Of a DNA stretch of 64,000 nt, positions 30,571-40,832 are shown piece by piece (positions within the stretch are counted from its first letter, which is position 1; each line of letters starts with the position of its first letter). The DNA is from a bacterium. GTDB taxonomy: Bacteria; Patescibacteriota; Patescibacteriia; Patescibacteriales; UBA12465. The notes under the pieces are model-generated. The model saw only the letters and a list, made by a program, of their open reading frames with translations, searched no databases and was not told the origin of the DNA. Position numbers and translations under genes: made by a program. The stretch spans positions 145,121 to 209,120 of the forward strand of contig DAOMZR010000002.1 in NCBI GenBank assembly GCA_035400585.1. Direction: 5' to 3'.

Positions 30571-31698
30571 ATGAAAAAAATTATTTATTTATTGGCATTT
30601 AGTTTCTTATTTTTTATTCCATCAATCGGTCAGGCTTATGTTATAAAATCAGCCGACTTTATTTACGTTGCTAAAGATGAAATAGTAGAAGGAAATCTTT
30701 ATTTCAGTGGCAAAAGCATTAATGTTGAGGGGCAAGTTACCGGTGATTTAATTGGTGTTGCGTCTAACATCCAAATTAATGGTCAAGTTAAGGGTGATTT
30801 AATAGGTGTCTCGCAAAACCTAGTAGTAAATGGCCAAATAGATGGGAGCTTAAGAGCTATTTCTAATGTGGGAAATATAAATGGCACTATCGGAAAAAAT
30901 ATTAATTTTTTGGGAGAAACAATTGTTTTAAACAAAAATAGTTTTGTTGGACAAGATTTGTTGATAAAAACAATCGGAGCAGAATTAAATGGTAAAATTA
31001 ATGGCAATGTACATGGCGGCTCCTATAATACTTTAATAAATGGTCAAATAGAAAAAGATATTAATTTAGTCGTTGATAATATTAAAAGAAAAAAATATTC
31101 TAGCAGTTTAGAGTTTGGCGAATTGGCAACTGTTGGTGGTAAGCTGGAATATAGAAGTGGAAATTCAGCTAAAATGAAAGATGGGGTTGTCAAAGGGGAA
31201 ATAAAACATAAAAACCCCGAGAAACAAGGAAACCAAAAAAACGATTTAGGAAAAATAATTTATTCTATTTTATCTTCCTTTTTAATCGCCGTTCTCTTGA
31301 ACCATCTACTAAAAGATAAGGTTGAAAAATTTAAAAAAGTTATTCTAGAAAAAAAATACAATCTAATATTGCCTGGGTCTATAATATTGTTGCTTGGTCC
31401 AATAGCCTTCTTAATTGTTTCTTTAACAGTTATCGGATTTCCAATAGCTTTAATTGGATTAATTTTTTGGGCAATAGCAATCTTTTTAAGCAGAATTCTG
31501 ATTTCAATGTTTGTCGGAGCTTATATTTTTGAAAAATTTAAAAAGAGAAGCGCTAATGTTTATCTAAAAATTTTTAGTGGTTTAATTATTGTGTTTTTAC
31601 TGTTTAATTTGCCCTTTGTCGGCTGGGCATTTTCTCTGACCAGTATAATTATTGGCCTAGGATCAATTTATTTAATAATTAGAAAAAAACATAACTAA
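30571..31698 (+). CDS. Exported bactofilin-like beta-helix protein with C-terminal multi-TM domain
   Basis: Signal peptide; repeated I.G.V.GDL units; hydrophobic C-terminal third. Confidence 0.7.
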   Translation: MKKIIYLLAFSFLFFIPSIGQAYVIKSADFIYVAKDEIVEGNLYFSGKSINVEGQVTGDLIGVASNIQINGQVKGDLIGVSQNLVVNGQIDGSLRAISNVGNINGTIGKNINFLGETIVLNKNSFVGQDLLIKTIGAELNGKINGNVHGGSYNTLINGQIEKDINLVVDNIKRKKYSSSLEFGELATVGGKLEYRSGNSAKMKDGVVKGEIKHKNPEKQGNQKNDLGKIIYSILSSFLIAVLLNHLLKDKVEKFKKVILEKKYNLILPGSIILLLGPIAFLIVSLTVIGFPIALIGLIFWAIAIFLSRILISMFVGAYIFEKFKKRSANVYLKIFSGLIIVFLLFNLPFVGWAFSLTSIIIGLGSIYLIIRKKHN

Positions 31699-31704
31699 AA
31701 AATT

Positions 31705-33081
31705 ATGCAAACCAATCCAACAATATTTAAAGCCTATGATATTAGGGGGGTATATAAAAAAGATTTAGACGAAAAAACAGCCTATAATCTCGGGTTGGCC
31801 TACGTTGAACTTAGAAAAAAAGATCTTAAAAAAAATAACTCTGCGAAAAAACTAAGAATTATAGTTGGCTCAGACATGAGAATTTCATCCCCTTCTTTAA
31901 AAAAACATTTAATTAAGGGGCTTTTAGACGCTGGGGTGGATGTGTCTGATATCGGAACCACATCAACACCAACCTTTTATTTTGCTGTGGCTAATTACAA
32001 ATACGACGGCGGAATAATGGTCAGCGCTTCACACAATCCAAAAGAGTGGAATGGTTTTAAGCTAACCAGGGAAAGAGCAATCCCAATTAGCGGTAACACC
32101 GGCATAGAGTTTCTAAAAGAAAAAATAATTAGTGGAAATTTAATAAAATCTAAAACAAAAGGAAAGCTAAATAAGAAAAAGAATGTTTTAAAAGATCAAA
32201 TTAAACACGACTTAAAACACGGAAATATTAAAAAGATAAAACCTTTAAAAATAGTAGTTGATCCGGCCAATGCAGTTGGTGGTTTGTTTATAAATGAACT
32301 TTTTAAACATTTACCAGGGAAATTGATAAAAATAAATTTTAAGTTAGATGGCAATTTTCCGGCCCACGAAGCGGACCCAATTAAAGAAGAAAATTTAGAA
32401 CAAATAAAAAAAGAAGTTATAAAACAAAAAGCTGACTTAGGGATAACAACCGATGGAGACGGAGATAGAATATTTTTTATAGACAATGAAGGAGAATTGA
32501 TTGATCAATCAATTATTAGAGGTCTTTTGTCTAAATTTTTTCTGAAAGAAAAACCTAAGTCTAAAATTGGTTTTGATGTTCGTCCTGGAAAAATAACCGA
32601 GGATTTAATTTTAGAAAACAATGGAAAGCCAACAAAAACTAGAGTCGGGCACTCTTTAATTAAAGAACAAATGCTTAAAGAAAATATATATTTTTCCGGG
32701 GAATCTTCCGGTCATTTTTTCTTAAACATGCCGATTGGTTGTTTTGAAGTTCCAAATATAGTTATTTTGAAACTTCTACAAGAATTTTCGGCTAGTGACC
32801 AAAAGATTTCTGAACAAGTTAAAATATATAAAAAATATTTTCACTCTGGCGAAATAAACAGGGAGGTAAAAGATAAAGAAAAAGTTTTTAAAGCCCTAGA
32901 AAAAAAATATAAAAATGGTAAAATAAACAAGCTCGATGGACTGAGTGTTTCTTTTAAAGATTTTTGGTTCAACGTCAGGGGGTCAAACACAGAAAATAAA
33001 ATGAGACTAAATTTAGAGGCAGTTAATAGAGAAATAATGGAAAAAAAGAAAAAAGAAGTGTTAAATATAATTGAAAAATAA
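31705..33081 (+). CDS. Phosphomannomutase/phosphoglucomutase
   Basis: IFKAYDIRG, SASHNP, DGDGDR, GESSGH, RGSNTE. Confidence 0.92.
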   Translation: MQTNPTIFKAYDIRGVYKKDLDEKTAYNLGLAYVELRKKDLKKNNSAKKLRIIVGSDMRISSPSLKKHLIKGLLDAGVDVSDIGTTSTPTFYFAVANYKYDGGIMVSASHNPKEWNGFKLTRERAIPISGNTGIEFLKEKIISGNLIKSKTKGKLNKKKNVLKDQIKHDLKHGNIKKIKPLKIVVDPANAVGGLFINELFKHLPGKLIKINFKLDGNFPAHEADPIKEENLEQIKKEVIKQKADLGITTDGDGDRIFFIDNEGELIDQSIIRGLLSKFFLKEKPKSKIGFDVRPGKITEDLILENNGKPTKTRVGHSLIKEQMLKENIYFSGESSGHFFLNMPIGCFEVPNIVILKLLQEFSASDQKISEQVKIYKKYFHSGEINREVKDKEKVFKALEKKYKNGKINKLDGLSVSFKDFWFNVRGSNTENKMRLNLEAVNREIMEKKKKEVLNIIEK

Positions 33082-33121
33082 AAAGTTCAAAAAAATAAAA
33101 GTTCATTAAAAAATAAACGAC

Positions 33122-33385
33122 ATGGAGACTATATATATTTCTTTGGCTCTGGGAGCTATCGGTTGTAGTTCTGGATTTTTAATTTCCTTTTTACTCGAAT
33201 TTTGTCTACCATTAGTTTTTGTTAACTTTCCCAGAAAAAACGACCTAGCATTTACCATTTCTGTGATTGTGGTTATCGCCTCCAGAATAATATTAGGAAG
33301 TGGTTTGGGAATAAAATTTATGTTACTCATAGGTGTTTGCTGCTTTTTGGGATACAACTCACTTTTTTGGTTAACAAAAAAATAA
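33122..33385 (+). CDS. Small membrane protein (about 3 TM)
   Basis: 87-aa hydrophobic ORF followed by a terminator-like hairpin. Confidence 0.5.
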   Translation: METIYISLALGAIGCSSGFLISFLLEFCLPLVFVNFPRKNDLAFTISVIVVIASRIILGSGLGIKFMLLIGVCCFLGYNSLFWLTKK

Positions 33386-33407
33386 ACAGGTCTAGGCCTG
33401 TTTTTTT
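33383..33407. terminator. Intrinsic terminator
   Basis: AAACAGG-tctagg-CCTGTTT followed by T-run between convergent genes. Confidence 0.6.
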
Positions 33408-33426
33408 ATTTTAAAAACTAATTTTA

Positions 33427-34137
33427 TTAATATTTGCCGAAATCATAATCAATTATCTTTTTTTTCATTGGACCAAAAAACAAAACATATAAGCTTCCAT
33501 ATAAGATTTTAAAAAAAAGTTTCCAACGACCATCTTTCTCAAACCTTCTGGTAGAAAAAAATATTTTGGTTTTTTTGATTAGCCTAAATTTAGAAAATTT
33601 TGCCGCTTGTTCACAATAATGTTGGTCCTCGCCAATAAAAACATAATCTTTAAAGCCACCAATTTTTTTATGAATATCTTTTTTAACAATGATGGCAGCA
33701 CCCAAACCAACAGGCTTTATACATTGAGCCAAAAAAGCAAAAAAATTATAAAAACAATAATAAAACTTATAAAAAAATTTGTTTGATTCAAAATCTAAAT
33801 AAAAAGCAGCTATTCCGAGCTTTCTTTTGTTAAAATCTTCCAAGGTTTTTTTTAAAAAATCTTTATCATAAAATCTCGTATCAGCATCAAAAAACAAGAG
33901 AACATCCCCCTGAGCAATGTCGGCTCCATTGTTTCTTTGAATTGAGGCGTGTCTTTTGTTTTTATCACCCAAAACAACTTTGCAATTATATTTTTGGGCT
34001 ATTTCAACGGTTTTATCTTCTGAGTCGCCATCAGAAATTATGATCTCATAGTCGACGAAAGATTGTTCTTTTATCAAATCAAGTATTTTGCCCAAATATT
34101 TTTCTTCATTTAATGTTGGAATTATTATTGATAACAT
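33427..34137 (-). CDS. Glycosyltransferase family 2
   Basis: LSIIIPTLNEE, DGDSED.T, RNNGA, FFDAD, GED, STRRF. Confidence 0.9.
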   Translation of the reverse strand: MLSIIIPTLNEEKYLGKILDLIKEQSFVDYEIIISDGDSEDKTVEIAQKYNCKVVLGDKNKRHASIQRNNGADIAQGDVLLFFDADTRFYDKDFLKKTLEDFNKRKLGIAAFYLDFESNKFFYKFYYCFYNFFAFLAQCIKPVGLGAAIIVKKDIHKKIGGFKDYVFIGEDQHYCEQAAKFSKFRLIKKTKIFFSTRRFEKDGRWKLFFKILYGSLYVLFFGPMKKKIIDYDFGKY

Positions 34138-34138
34138 A

Positions 34139-35155
34139 TTATTTTATAATTTCCCTGGCCAAGTCTAAATAACTAGAATCATCAGCCACAATATCTCTAA
34201 AATACCACCACTCAACACCCCAAAGATAGGCTCTTCTAAAGCCAGTGTTGGCGGCAAACCTTGCGTTAGCTCTAAACTGCTCAAGACTAAAAGATTCTAA
34301 ATATTCGCGATTATTAACATCTAATATTTTTTCCATAGACAACCATGGCTCAGCCTGTAATTCAACTATAAAAACATTATCTACATTCAGTTTTAATATT
34401 TCAGCTTTTGTTTTATAAAAACCTTCGTTATACGGATATTTGATATATCCCAAAAAAGGATTATGCACAACTCGATACATTGTGGTGCCAAAAACATCGG
34501 CGATATCAGTTTCTCTTGACCACAAGCTCAACTCTCCAGTCGCTGAAATTATAATAGGTTTGGCATCCAGCTTCCTCACCAAATCTACTTCTTTTTTTAA
34601 GAAATCATAATCAGACTTAGGGCAAATACCAAAAGTATTTAAAAGTGGCTCATTTTCGACTTGAAAATAAGATATAGATTCATATTTTTTGAAAGTATTA
34701 ACCACCGACTCAAGCATTGTTGTGGTTTTTTCTTTTAAATATTCTTCATCTAAAATATTTATCCACTCAGGAATATGGCATTCTGGCCAGCGAGGCGTTC
34801 TCATGCCAAAACTCAAAATAAAATCGACATCTCTTTTTTCTCCCTCCTCGATCATAAAAACATAATCACTAAAATCAAAAACGCCTTCTTTTTTTTCTAT
34901 ATCATCCCAATAGACCGGCAATCTAATATATTTTATATCCAAATCATCAAGCATTTTTAAATAAACCGCTTTCCAATCTAACCCCAATTCTTCGGCATAT
35001 TTTTTAGAATAAGTTACCCCAAAAAAATCTGTCGGCAACTCTTCTTGCATATTTTTTGGATAATATTTAGGAAATTTAAGAACGTAAAAAAGAAATAATC
35101 CAAACAACAAGCAAAAAATTACAAAACCAATAATTTTTTTTATAAAAGAAATCAT
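34139..35155 (-). CDS. Membrane-anchored clan GH-A-like glycoside hydrolase
   Basis: N-terminal TM; IRLPVYWD.IE..EG.FDF, ENEP acid/base motif, ELQAEPW nucleophile-like motif. Confidence 0.7.
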   Translation of the reverse strand: MISFIKKIIGFVIFCLLFGLFLFYVLKFPKYYPKNMQEELPTDFFGVTYSKKYAEELGLDWKAVYLKMLDDLDIKYIRLPVYWDDIEKKEGVFDFSDYVFMIEEGEKRDVDFILSFGMRTPRWPECHIPEWINILDEEYLKEKTTTMLESVVNTFKKYESISYFQVENEPLLNTFGICPKSDYDFLKKEVDLVRKLDAKPIIISATGELSLWSRETDIADVFGTTMYRVVHNPFLGYIKYPYNEGFYKTKAEILKLNVDNVFIVELQAEPWLSMEKILDVNNREYLESFSLEQFRANARFAANTGFRRAYLWGVEWWYFRDIVADDSSYLDLAREIIK

Positions 35156-36102
35156 ATAGTTATAAAAAATAAACCAAAACCAATAATTAAAATTGCCAAA
35201 ACCTTTTTTAAAATTATACTAGAAGAAACATCTTCTTTTAATATTTTTGGAAAAAATAAAGAAAAAAAGATTCCAATAACTAGCAAGAAAGCATACTGTA
35301 CGCCCTGCAAGGCGTTTATCAATGCCACTGGTCCTAAATAAATTGCGTAATTCTGGATTATAAAAGCGACTGAACCAAGTAATTGATTAAAAATTATAAA
35401 GCCTTTTCCAACTTTAGCTGGGGTTTTTTCTTTTTTCTTAAAACTTTTGAAAATTTCTATTCTGGTTTTTTTATCCACCAGAAACAAAAGAGAAACAAAC
35501 AAACCTCCTAGCCTTATCCAAATGAAAGAGCTAAAAAAACTTTGTTGTTCATATGCATATTTGGTAGTTATAAAAAACAATGAATAAAAGAAAGCAGCCA
35601 TTATTGAAAAAAATAACCACTTTTTAGGGTAAGCTCCTTTAAAAAAAATTTTTAATTTAGCCAAAAAAACAGAAACCTTTTTTTTCTTACTAACTATAAA
35701 GGAAATTATAAAAGTTCCAATTATTAATAACAAAACTCCAAACCATTGATTCTTGCTAAAAGTTTCTTTTAAAAATAGAATTGAAAAAATTATTGTAAAA
35801 ATTGGAACCACCCCACCAATCACAACCACCACCCTTGAAGCCTCTCCATTTTTTAGTGATTCATACATTAGCCAAAGAGCAAAAACAAAAAATGCTCCCG
35901 CCAAAAAATTTACCACTAATAAAAAAACACCTGGCCATTCCAAAAACCAAGGTGCTAATAAAAAAACCAGCGACCCTAAAACACCAATAGTAAAAGCATA
36001 GGCTTTACTGCTTTTTAAAAGCTTATCAACAACAAACTTATCCCCTAAATTAACAACAGCCAACATTAAATAGGAAACAATCGTTAAAATTATCCAATTC
36101 AT
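35152..36102 (-). CDS. EamA/DMT-family transporter
   Basis: About 10 TM in two repeats; GEASRV, FLKE. Confidence 0.75.
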   Translation of the reverse strand: MNWIILTIVSYLMLAVVNLGDKFVVDKLLKSSKAYAFTIGVLGSLVFLLAPWFLEWPGVFLLVVNFLAGAFFVFALWLMYESLKNGEASRVVVVIGGVVPIFTIIFSILFLKETFSKNQWFGVLLLIIGTFIISFIVSKKKKVSVFLAKLKIFFKGAYPKKWLFFSIMAAFFYSLFFITTKYAYEQQSFFSSFIWIRLGGLFVSLLFLVDKKTRIEIFKSFKKKEKTPAKVGKGFIIFNQLLGSVAFIIQNYAIYLGPVALINALQGVQYAFLLVIGIFFSLFFPKILKEDVSSSIILKKVLAILIIGFGLFFITI

Positions 36103-36107
36103 AATAT

Positions 36108-37448
36108 TTACATTATTCTCGTTTTTTCTATTTCGTTTATTTTTCCGTGGAGAATAATATTTTCTATATTATATGTTCCCATTTTAGGAGCATTTAAAAA
36201 ACCTCTCATAGCAGCCTCTGCTAGCCAGCCAGAATTTAAAAAATCAAACAACCATTCATCTACATATTCTGGATTTTTACTATCAACACCGGCCCCAATT
36301 CCTAAAAGCCAACGACGATTATAATTTTCTTGAGAACCTATTGGCTCTGACATTATAATTGGAAGACCCAACCCAGAATAAAAACTAAGTTCTGATGGTT
36401 TTGTCCAGAGAATATCGGTTGTTCTTAGTGATAGATTAAATTTCTTAAAATATTCCATTTTATCTGGATTATAAATAATTTCTACCATTTCATTGTTGTG
36501 CAGAAATTCTTCTTTTAAAACCTTAGTATAAAAATCATAAACATCTTTTCTCGATCCAGCAACCAAATTTAATTTTATCTTTTTTTCAATAATTTTATTT
36601 TTTAATCTTCTAAGTATTGTCCTGCCAAGATACTTTTGAGCACCGGCACCGCCGACGGCAAATGTTAAGGTTAGTGGTCTGCTTGGTTTTTCTATTTTAC
36701 ATTTTGGACAAAGATAAGCTTCTATCAACTTTTCGTATTTATTTCGATAAGCTAAGAATGGATCTAAAACTGACAATCTTTTTATAAGGTCCTGTTTTAA
36801 AATTTTTTGATCATCTCCAATGTTTTCTTTTGGGAGGGGAAATCCAGTAACATAAATATTTTGCTCTTTAACGCCATAGAGAACAAGTCTTTCCTTAACT
36901 CTTGTGTTCGGTGCTAAATAAAAAACTTTACTGTTTGCTGGGTCAACAGGTGCCCAAGCTCGAGATATGTCAGAATCACAAATAACACAATAAATTTTTC
37001 CTTGATAATTATAATATTCTGCAAAATAAGCAGCCACAAAAAAAGTAGTTAACAGTGGTAATGGTTTTTTATTTAATTCGTTGATTAAGTTTTTTCCAAC
37101 GCCTCTCTTTACCTTTTTTAAAAAATGTTTTTGTTGAAAACTTGTTTCCGACAAATCTCTCCTGGGATAAAACGGATCTATTTTTTGAAAATAATCCATT
37201 ATAGAAAAAACCGCATCGCCAACCACGGGAATGGCTTTAAATTTTGAAACTGCTTCATAATTAATTCTGTCTTTTTCCCAAATTTTTTTTTCTTCTTCAC
37301 TTGCACCCAAATAATTGTTGGCAGTAATAACGCCGCCCTCTGCTAAATCTAAAAACGGATAAGCCGCCCTTTGATGGCCATATCCCATATCAACCGAAAC
37401 CAAATAAAACTTCTTATTACTTTTTGTTTTGCTTTCTTTTTTAATCAT
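36108..37448 (-). CDS. GT-B fold glycosyltransferase (MGDG-synthase/UgtP-like)
   Basis: DMGYGHQRAA, VTGFP, GGAG, DILWTKPSELS, IGSQENYN motifs. Confidence 0.65.
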   Translation of the reverse strand: MIKKESKTKSNKKFYLVSVDMGYGHQRAAYPFLDLAEGGVITANNYLGASEEEKKIWEKDRINYEAVSKFKAIPVVGDAVFSIMDYFQKIDPFYPRRDLSETSFQQKHFLKKVKRGVGKNLINELNKKPLPLLTTFFVAAYFAEYYNYQGKIYCVICDSDISRAWAPVDPANSKVFYLAPNTRVKERLVLYGVKEQNIYVTGFPLPKENIGDDQKILKQDLIKRLSVLDPFLAYRNKYEKLIEAYLCPKCKIEKPSRPLTLTFAVGGAGAQKYLGRTILRRLKNKIIEKKIKLNLVAGSRKDVYDFYTKVLKEEFLHNNEMVEIIYNPDKMEYFKKFNLSLRTTDILWTKPSELSFYSGLGLPIIMSEPIGSQENYNRRWLLGIGAGVDSKNPEYVDEWLFDFLNSGWLAEAAMRGFLNAPKMGTYNIENIILHGKINEIEKTRIM

Positions 37449-37574
37449 TTTTTTAATAAAAGTGTTGATTTTTTATACCTTTTCCACAATTTATTAACTA
37501 AAAAATTTCTGCTAATTTTAGCAAAAATACAACGAATAAACGATTTATGTCCACAAAATAATGGACATTTTTAG

Positions 37575-37648
<74 letters not shown>

Positions 37649-37649
37649 A

Positions 37650-37680
37650 AAAAAGCCGTCTATTTAAAAACGGCTTTTTT
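37650..37680. terminator. Intrinsic terminator-like hairpin
   Basis: AAAAAGCCGT...ACGGCTTTTT. Confidence 0.55.
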
Positions 37681-37690
37681 AAGAAAAAAA

Positions 37691-37828
37691 TTATTTTTCC
37701 ATTGCAACTCTTATAATATAAGAGATTGTGTTCCAACAAATCGCAAAGGCGATTAAAAAGCCCAAAACGAAACCGGTAACCAAAGAAGCGAAGTCCTTAC
37801 CGATTTTAATTTCTTTTTTGTCATTCAT
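37691..37828 (-). CDS. Small single-TM protein (45 aa), not in ORF track
   Basis: Hand translation MNDKKEIKIGKDFASLVTGFVLGFLIAFAICWNTISYIIRVAMEK*, followed by a hairpin. Confidence 0.5.
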   Translation of the reverse strand: MNDKKEIKIGKDFASLVTGFVLGFLIAFAICWNTISYIIRVAMEK

Positions 37829-37910
37829 AAAAATTAAAATTAATTTTTATTATTTTTAAATATTCTTAACAATTAAATTATAACTTATTTAGGTCAACTT
37901 AGCAATACTT

Positions 37911-39035
37911 TTACTGTCTTATTGGCATGACAATATACAAGAATTTTTCATCTTCTTTTGTTTGTATCTTACAGGGGGTGTTTTGATCAAGAAAAGAAAA
38001 CAAAATATCTTTTCCGAAAACATTATTTAAACCCTCCAAAAGATATTTATAGTTTATAAACAATTCTACCTCCTCCCCTTTTGTTTTACAGTCTATTTCA
38101 ATAAAATTTTCCCCCACCTGTGAAGAGTTTGAAAAAATAATTAATTTATCCTTTTTAACAGAAAGACCAACGTCATTTATTCCTGTTTTAGAAAAAAGCC
38201 CCGCCGTCTTTATAGCCCTAGTTATTTCGGTTTTGTCTACTAACAACTCGGTTTTTTTATTACTAGGGATTATTTGCTTATAATCAGGATAACTGCCAAC
38301 TATCAACCTAGAAACTAAAAGAGAAGATCCAAAAGAAAAGGAAATTTGATTGTCGTTAAAGCAGATTTTAATGCTATCCATATTTTCTATTTGTTCATCT
38401 TCTTTAAAATTATTTAAAATTCTTACAACCTCCTGTATTGTTTTTATCGGGACTATTATTTTTTTTCCATTTAAATCTTTGTCTGATTTAAAATCAATTT
38501 TTCTTTCAGCTAAGCGATAGCTATCCGTTCCAACCAAAAAAAGATCTTTATCAACAAAAGAAAAAAAGATGCCAGATATTTCTGGTCTACCCTCGCCAGA
38601 AGAAACGGCAAAAGAAACGCTCCCAATGTTTTTTTTAAAATCACTTGTTTTAACAAAAAAACAAGATTCATTTTCAATGGTTGGTATAAGCGGAAAATCA
38701 ACGCTTGTTTGTGTATTTATTTTTGTTCTATAGTTTTTACACTTTATTTTTAACTCATCATTTACTGTTTCTATTTCTATTTTTTCTTCTGGAAGCAAAG
38801 AAACATATTCATTTATTATTCTAGAATCAACGGTAAATTCACCCTCTTCTTCGACTTTTGATCTTAAAAAGTGAACTATACTAATTTCTAAATTAGTTGA
38901 GACCAACTCCAAGCCCTCTTTTTTAGCTCTAAACAAAATATTATTTAAAATTGGCAAATTAATATTTTTAGTTGTGAGGTGTCCAACTATGTTTAATCCT
39001 TGTTTTAAATTTTCTTTTAGACTAATTAGTCTCAT
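37911..39035 (-). CDS. dnaN: DNA polymerase III beta sliding clamp
   Basis: LPILNNIL, STNLEI, GTDSYRL, SRLI.G.YPDY, VMPIR; downstream of dnaA. Confidence 0.96.
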   Translation of the reverse strand: MRLISLKENLKQGLNIVGHLTTKNINLPILNNILFRAKKEGLELVSTNLEISIVHFLRSKVEEEGEFTVDSRIINEYVSLLPEEKIEIETVNDELKIKCKNYRTKINTQTSVDFPLIPTIENESCFFVKTSDFKKNIGSVSFAVSSGEGRPEISGIFFSFVDKDLFLVGTDSYRLAERKIDFKSDKDLNGKKIIVPIKTIQEVVRILNNFKEDEQIENMDSIKICFNDNQISFSFGSSLLVSRLIVGSYPDYKQIIPSNKKTELLVDKTEITRAIKTAGLFSKTGINDVGLSVKKDKLIIFSNSSQVGENFIEIDCKTKGEEVELFINYKYLLEGLNNVFGKDILFSFLDQNTPCKIQTKEDEKFLYIVMPIRQ

Positions 39036-39330
39036 ATTTTTTATAAATTTAATATATATAAATTAATAACTATAATAAGGATTGTTGATAACTTTTATAA
39101 TTGGTTTTTTTCTATTTTTTTGTTGGTGTTTTTTTAAATTTTGCCTGTTAACTTTCTTGTTAATTTTTTCTGATTGAAGTATGATTTTTTGTTGATAAAA
39201 TATTTTTTATTTTTTTTATTAACATCTTTTAATTTTTTATTAATAGTTTTTACACAAAATATTTTTTATTTTTCAACCACCGATTAACAGTTTATTAATT
39301 TCTTTTTACTCTTTATTAACAAGTTGTTCG
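39036..39330. other. oriC: Probable oriC (dnaA-dnaN intergenic region)
   Basis: DnaA-box-like 9-mers: TGTTGATAA 39083 and 39190, TTATTAACA 39216 and 39313, TTTTACACA 39248; very AT-rich; plus strand appears to switch from A/C-rich to T/G-rich here. Confidence 0.75.
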
Positions 39331-40731
39331 TTATAATGATCCGTATAAAAGTTGTTTAATAGATATAATTTCCTGATTTAGTTTTTCGTTTTCTTCTTTT
39401 TCTTTGTTTATTTTGTTATAGGAGTGTATGGCGGTTGTATGGTCTCTTCCTCCGAGTTCTTCTCCTATTGTTGGGTAAGAGGTGTTTAGCTCCTCTCTCA
39501 TTAAGAAAATGGCAACCTGCCTTGGCAAAACCAATTCCTTTTTTCTTTTTTCTCCGAGAAGATCTTTATTGCTGATATTATAATATTGGCAAACAACCTC
39601 TATTATGTCTTTTGGTATAATGGGTTTTATTTGGTTATTGTTGGTTAGGTCGTTTAAAATGTTTTTAACCGTTCTGATATTTGGGCTAATATTGTGAAAT
39701 TCGTGATAGGCAATTACCTTGTTTAGGGCCCCCTCTAGTTCTCTTATATTATTTTGAATGCTGTTAGAAATATATTTTAATATTTCTTCCTCTAATATAT
39801 AATTTCTTTCTCTGGCTTTCTTTTCTAAAATTGCTATTTTAGTTTCAATGTCGGGTTTTCCTATGTCGGCCACCATTCCTGATTCAAAGCGAGAAATTAA
39901 CCTCTTTTCAATGGCTGGTATGGCCTTTGGGGGCCTGTCAGAAGAAAGAATAATTTGTTTGTCTCCTTGTTGTAATTGATTAAAGGTATGAAAAAACTCT
40001 TCTTGGGTTCCGTCTTTTCCACCCATAAACTGAACATCGTCTACTAAAAGCAAATCAACGTTACGATAAAGATTTTTGAATTCTTTTGCTCGGCCACTTT
40101 TAATGGAATCAATATAGTTGTTGGTAAATTGTTCACTGGTAGTATATAAAACCTTTTTGCTCATTTTAATAAATTCGTTTCCTACTGCTTGCAGTAAATG
40201 AGTTTTTCCGAGACCAACACCACCATATATAAATAATGGGTTATAAGATTTTCCTGGATTTTTTATAATTGCCTGGCAAGCAGCACAAGCCAACTCGTTG
40301 GCCTTGCCGATAATAAAGCTAGTAAAAGAGTATTTAGGATTAAGGCCAGAGTTGCCTAAATTAATTTTTTGTTCGTGATTTTCCTTGGTTGTTTCTTTTT
40401 CGGTTGGTTCTTTTGTTTTTTCAACTTCGTTTTTATTTTCCCCATGATCATTTTTTTGTTCTTTTGATGAAGATTCTTTTTTTTCTAAGTTTATTTTATA
40501 AACAATTTCTTTTATTTTTTTTTCGGTTATTTTTTCTAAAGAAGATTTTATAGCTTTATAATATTTTTGCTCCAACCATCTTTTGGCAAAATCGTTGGGA
40601 ACCGAGATGGTTACAATTTCTTCTTCTATACTATATATAAAAGTGTTTTTGAACCAGGTAATAAAGTTTGCTCTAGATATTCCTATTTCTAGTTCGCCAA
40701 GAACGGCTTGCCAAATTTGATCGTTGGTCAT
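39331..40731 (-). CDS. dnaA: Chromosomal replication initiator DnaA
   Basis: MTNDQIW start; YNPLFIYGGVGLGKTHL, DDVQF, QEEFFHTFN, NIRELEGAL, GGRDHTT. Confidence 0.98.
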   Translation of the reverse strand: MTNDQIWQAVLGELEIGISRANFITWFKNTFIYSIEEEIVTISVPNDFAKRWLEQKYYKAIKSSLEKITEKKIKEIVYKINLEKKESSSKEQKNDHGENKNEVEKTKEPTEKETTKENHEQKINLGNSGLNPKYSFTSFIIGKANELACAACQAIIKNPGKSYNPLFIYGGVGLGKTHLLQAVGNEFIKMSKKVLYTTSEQFTNNYIDSIKSGRAKEFKNLYRNVDLLLVDDVQFMGGKDGTQEEFFHTFNQLQQGDKQIILSSDRPPKAIPAIEKRLISRFESGMVADIGKPDIETKIAILEKKARERNYILEEEILKYISNSIQNNIRELEGALNKVIAYHEFHNISPNIRTVKNILNDLTNNNQIKPIIPKDIIEVVCQYYNISNKDLLGEKRKKELVLPRQVAIFLMREELNTSYPTIGEELGGRDHTTAIHSYNKINKEKEENEKLNQEIISIKQLLYGSL

Positions 40732-40823
40732 AGTTCTTTTTTTAAGTCTAAAAATTATTTTCATTATAGTAAAAAAAACGACTTTGAACAATTACTTTTT
40801 TTGTTTAGCAATTGTTTATAAGA

Positions 40824-40832
40824 TGTGAATAA
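40824..40832 (-). promoter_or_regulatory. DnaA box upstream of dnaA
   Basis: TGTGAATAA = TTATTCACA (consensus TTWTNCACA); weaker TGTTTATAA at 40813. Confidence 0.6.

Noticed and set aside
37460-37560. DnaA-box-like 9-mers (CTTTCCACA, ATGTCCACA) upstream of the GT-B gene
   Set aside because: Mismatched and few; expected by chance in AT-rich DNA, though regulation by DnaA is not excluded.
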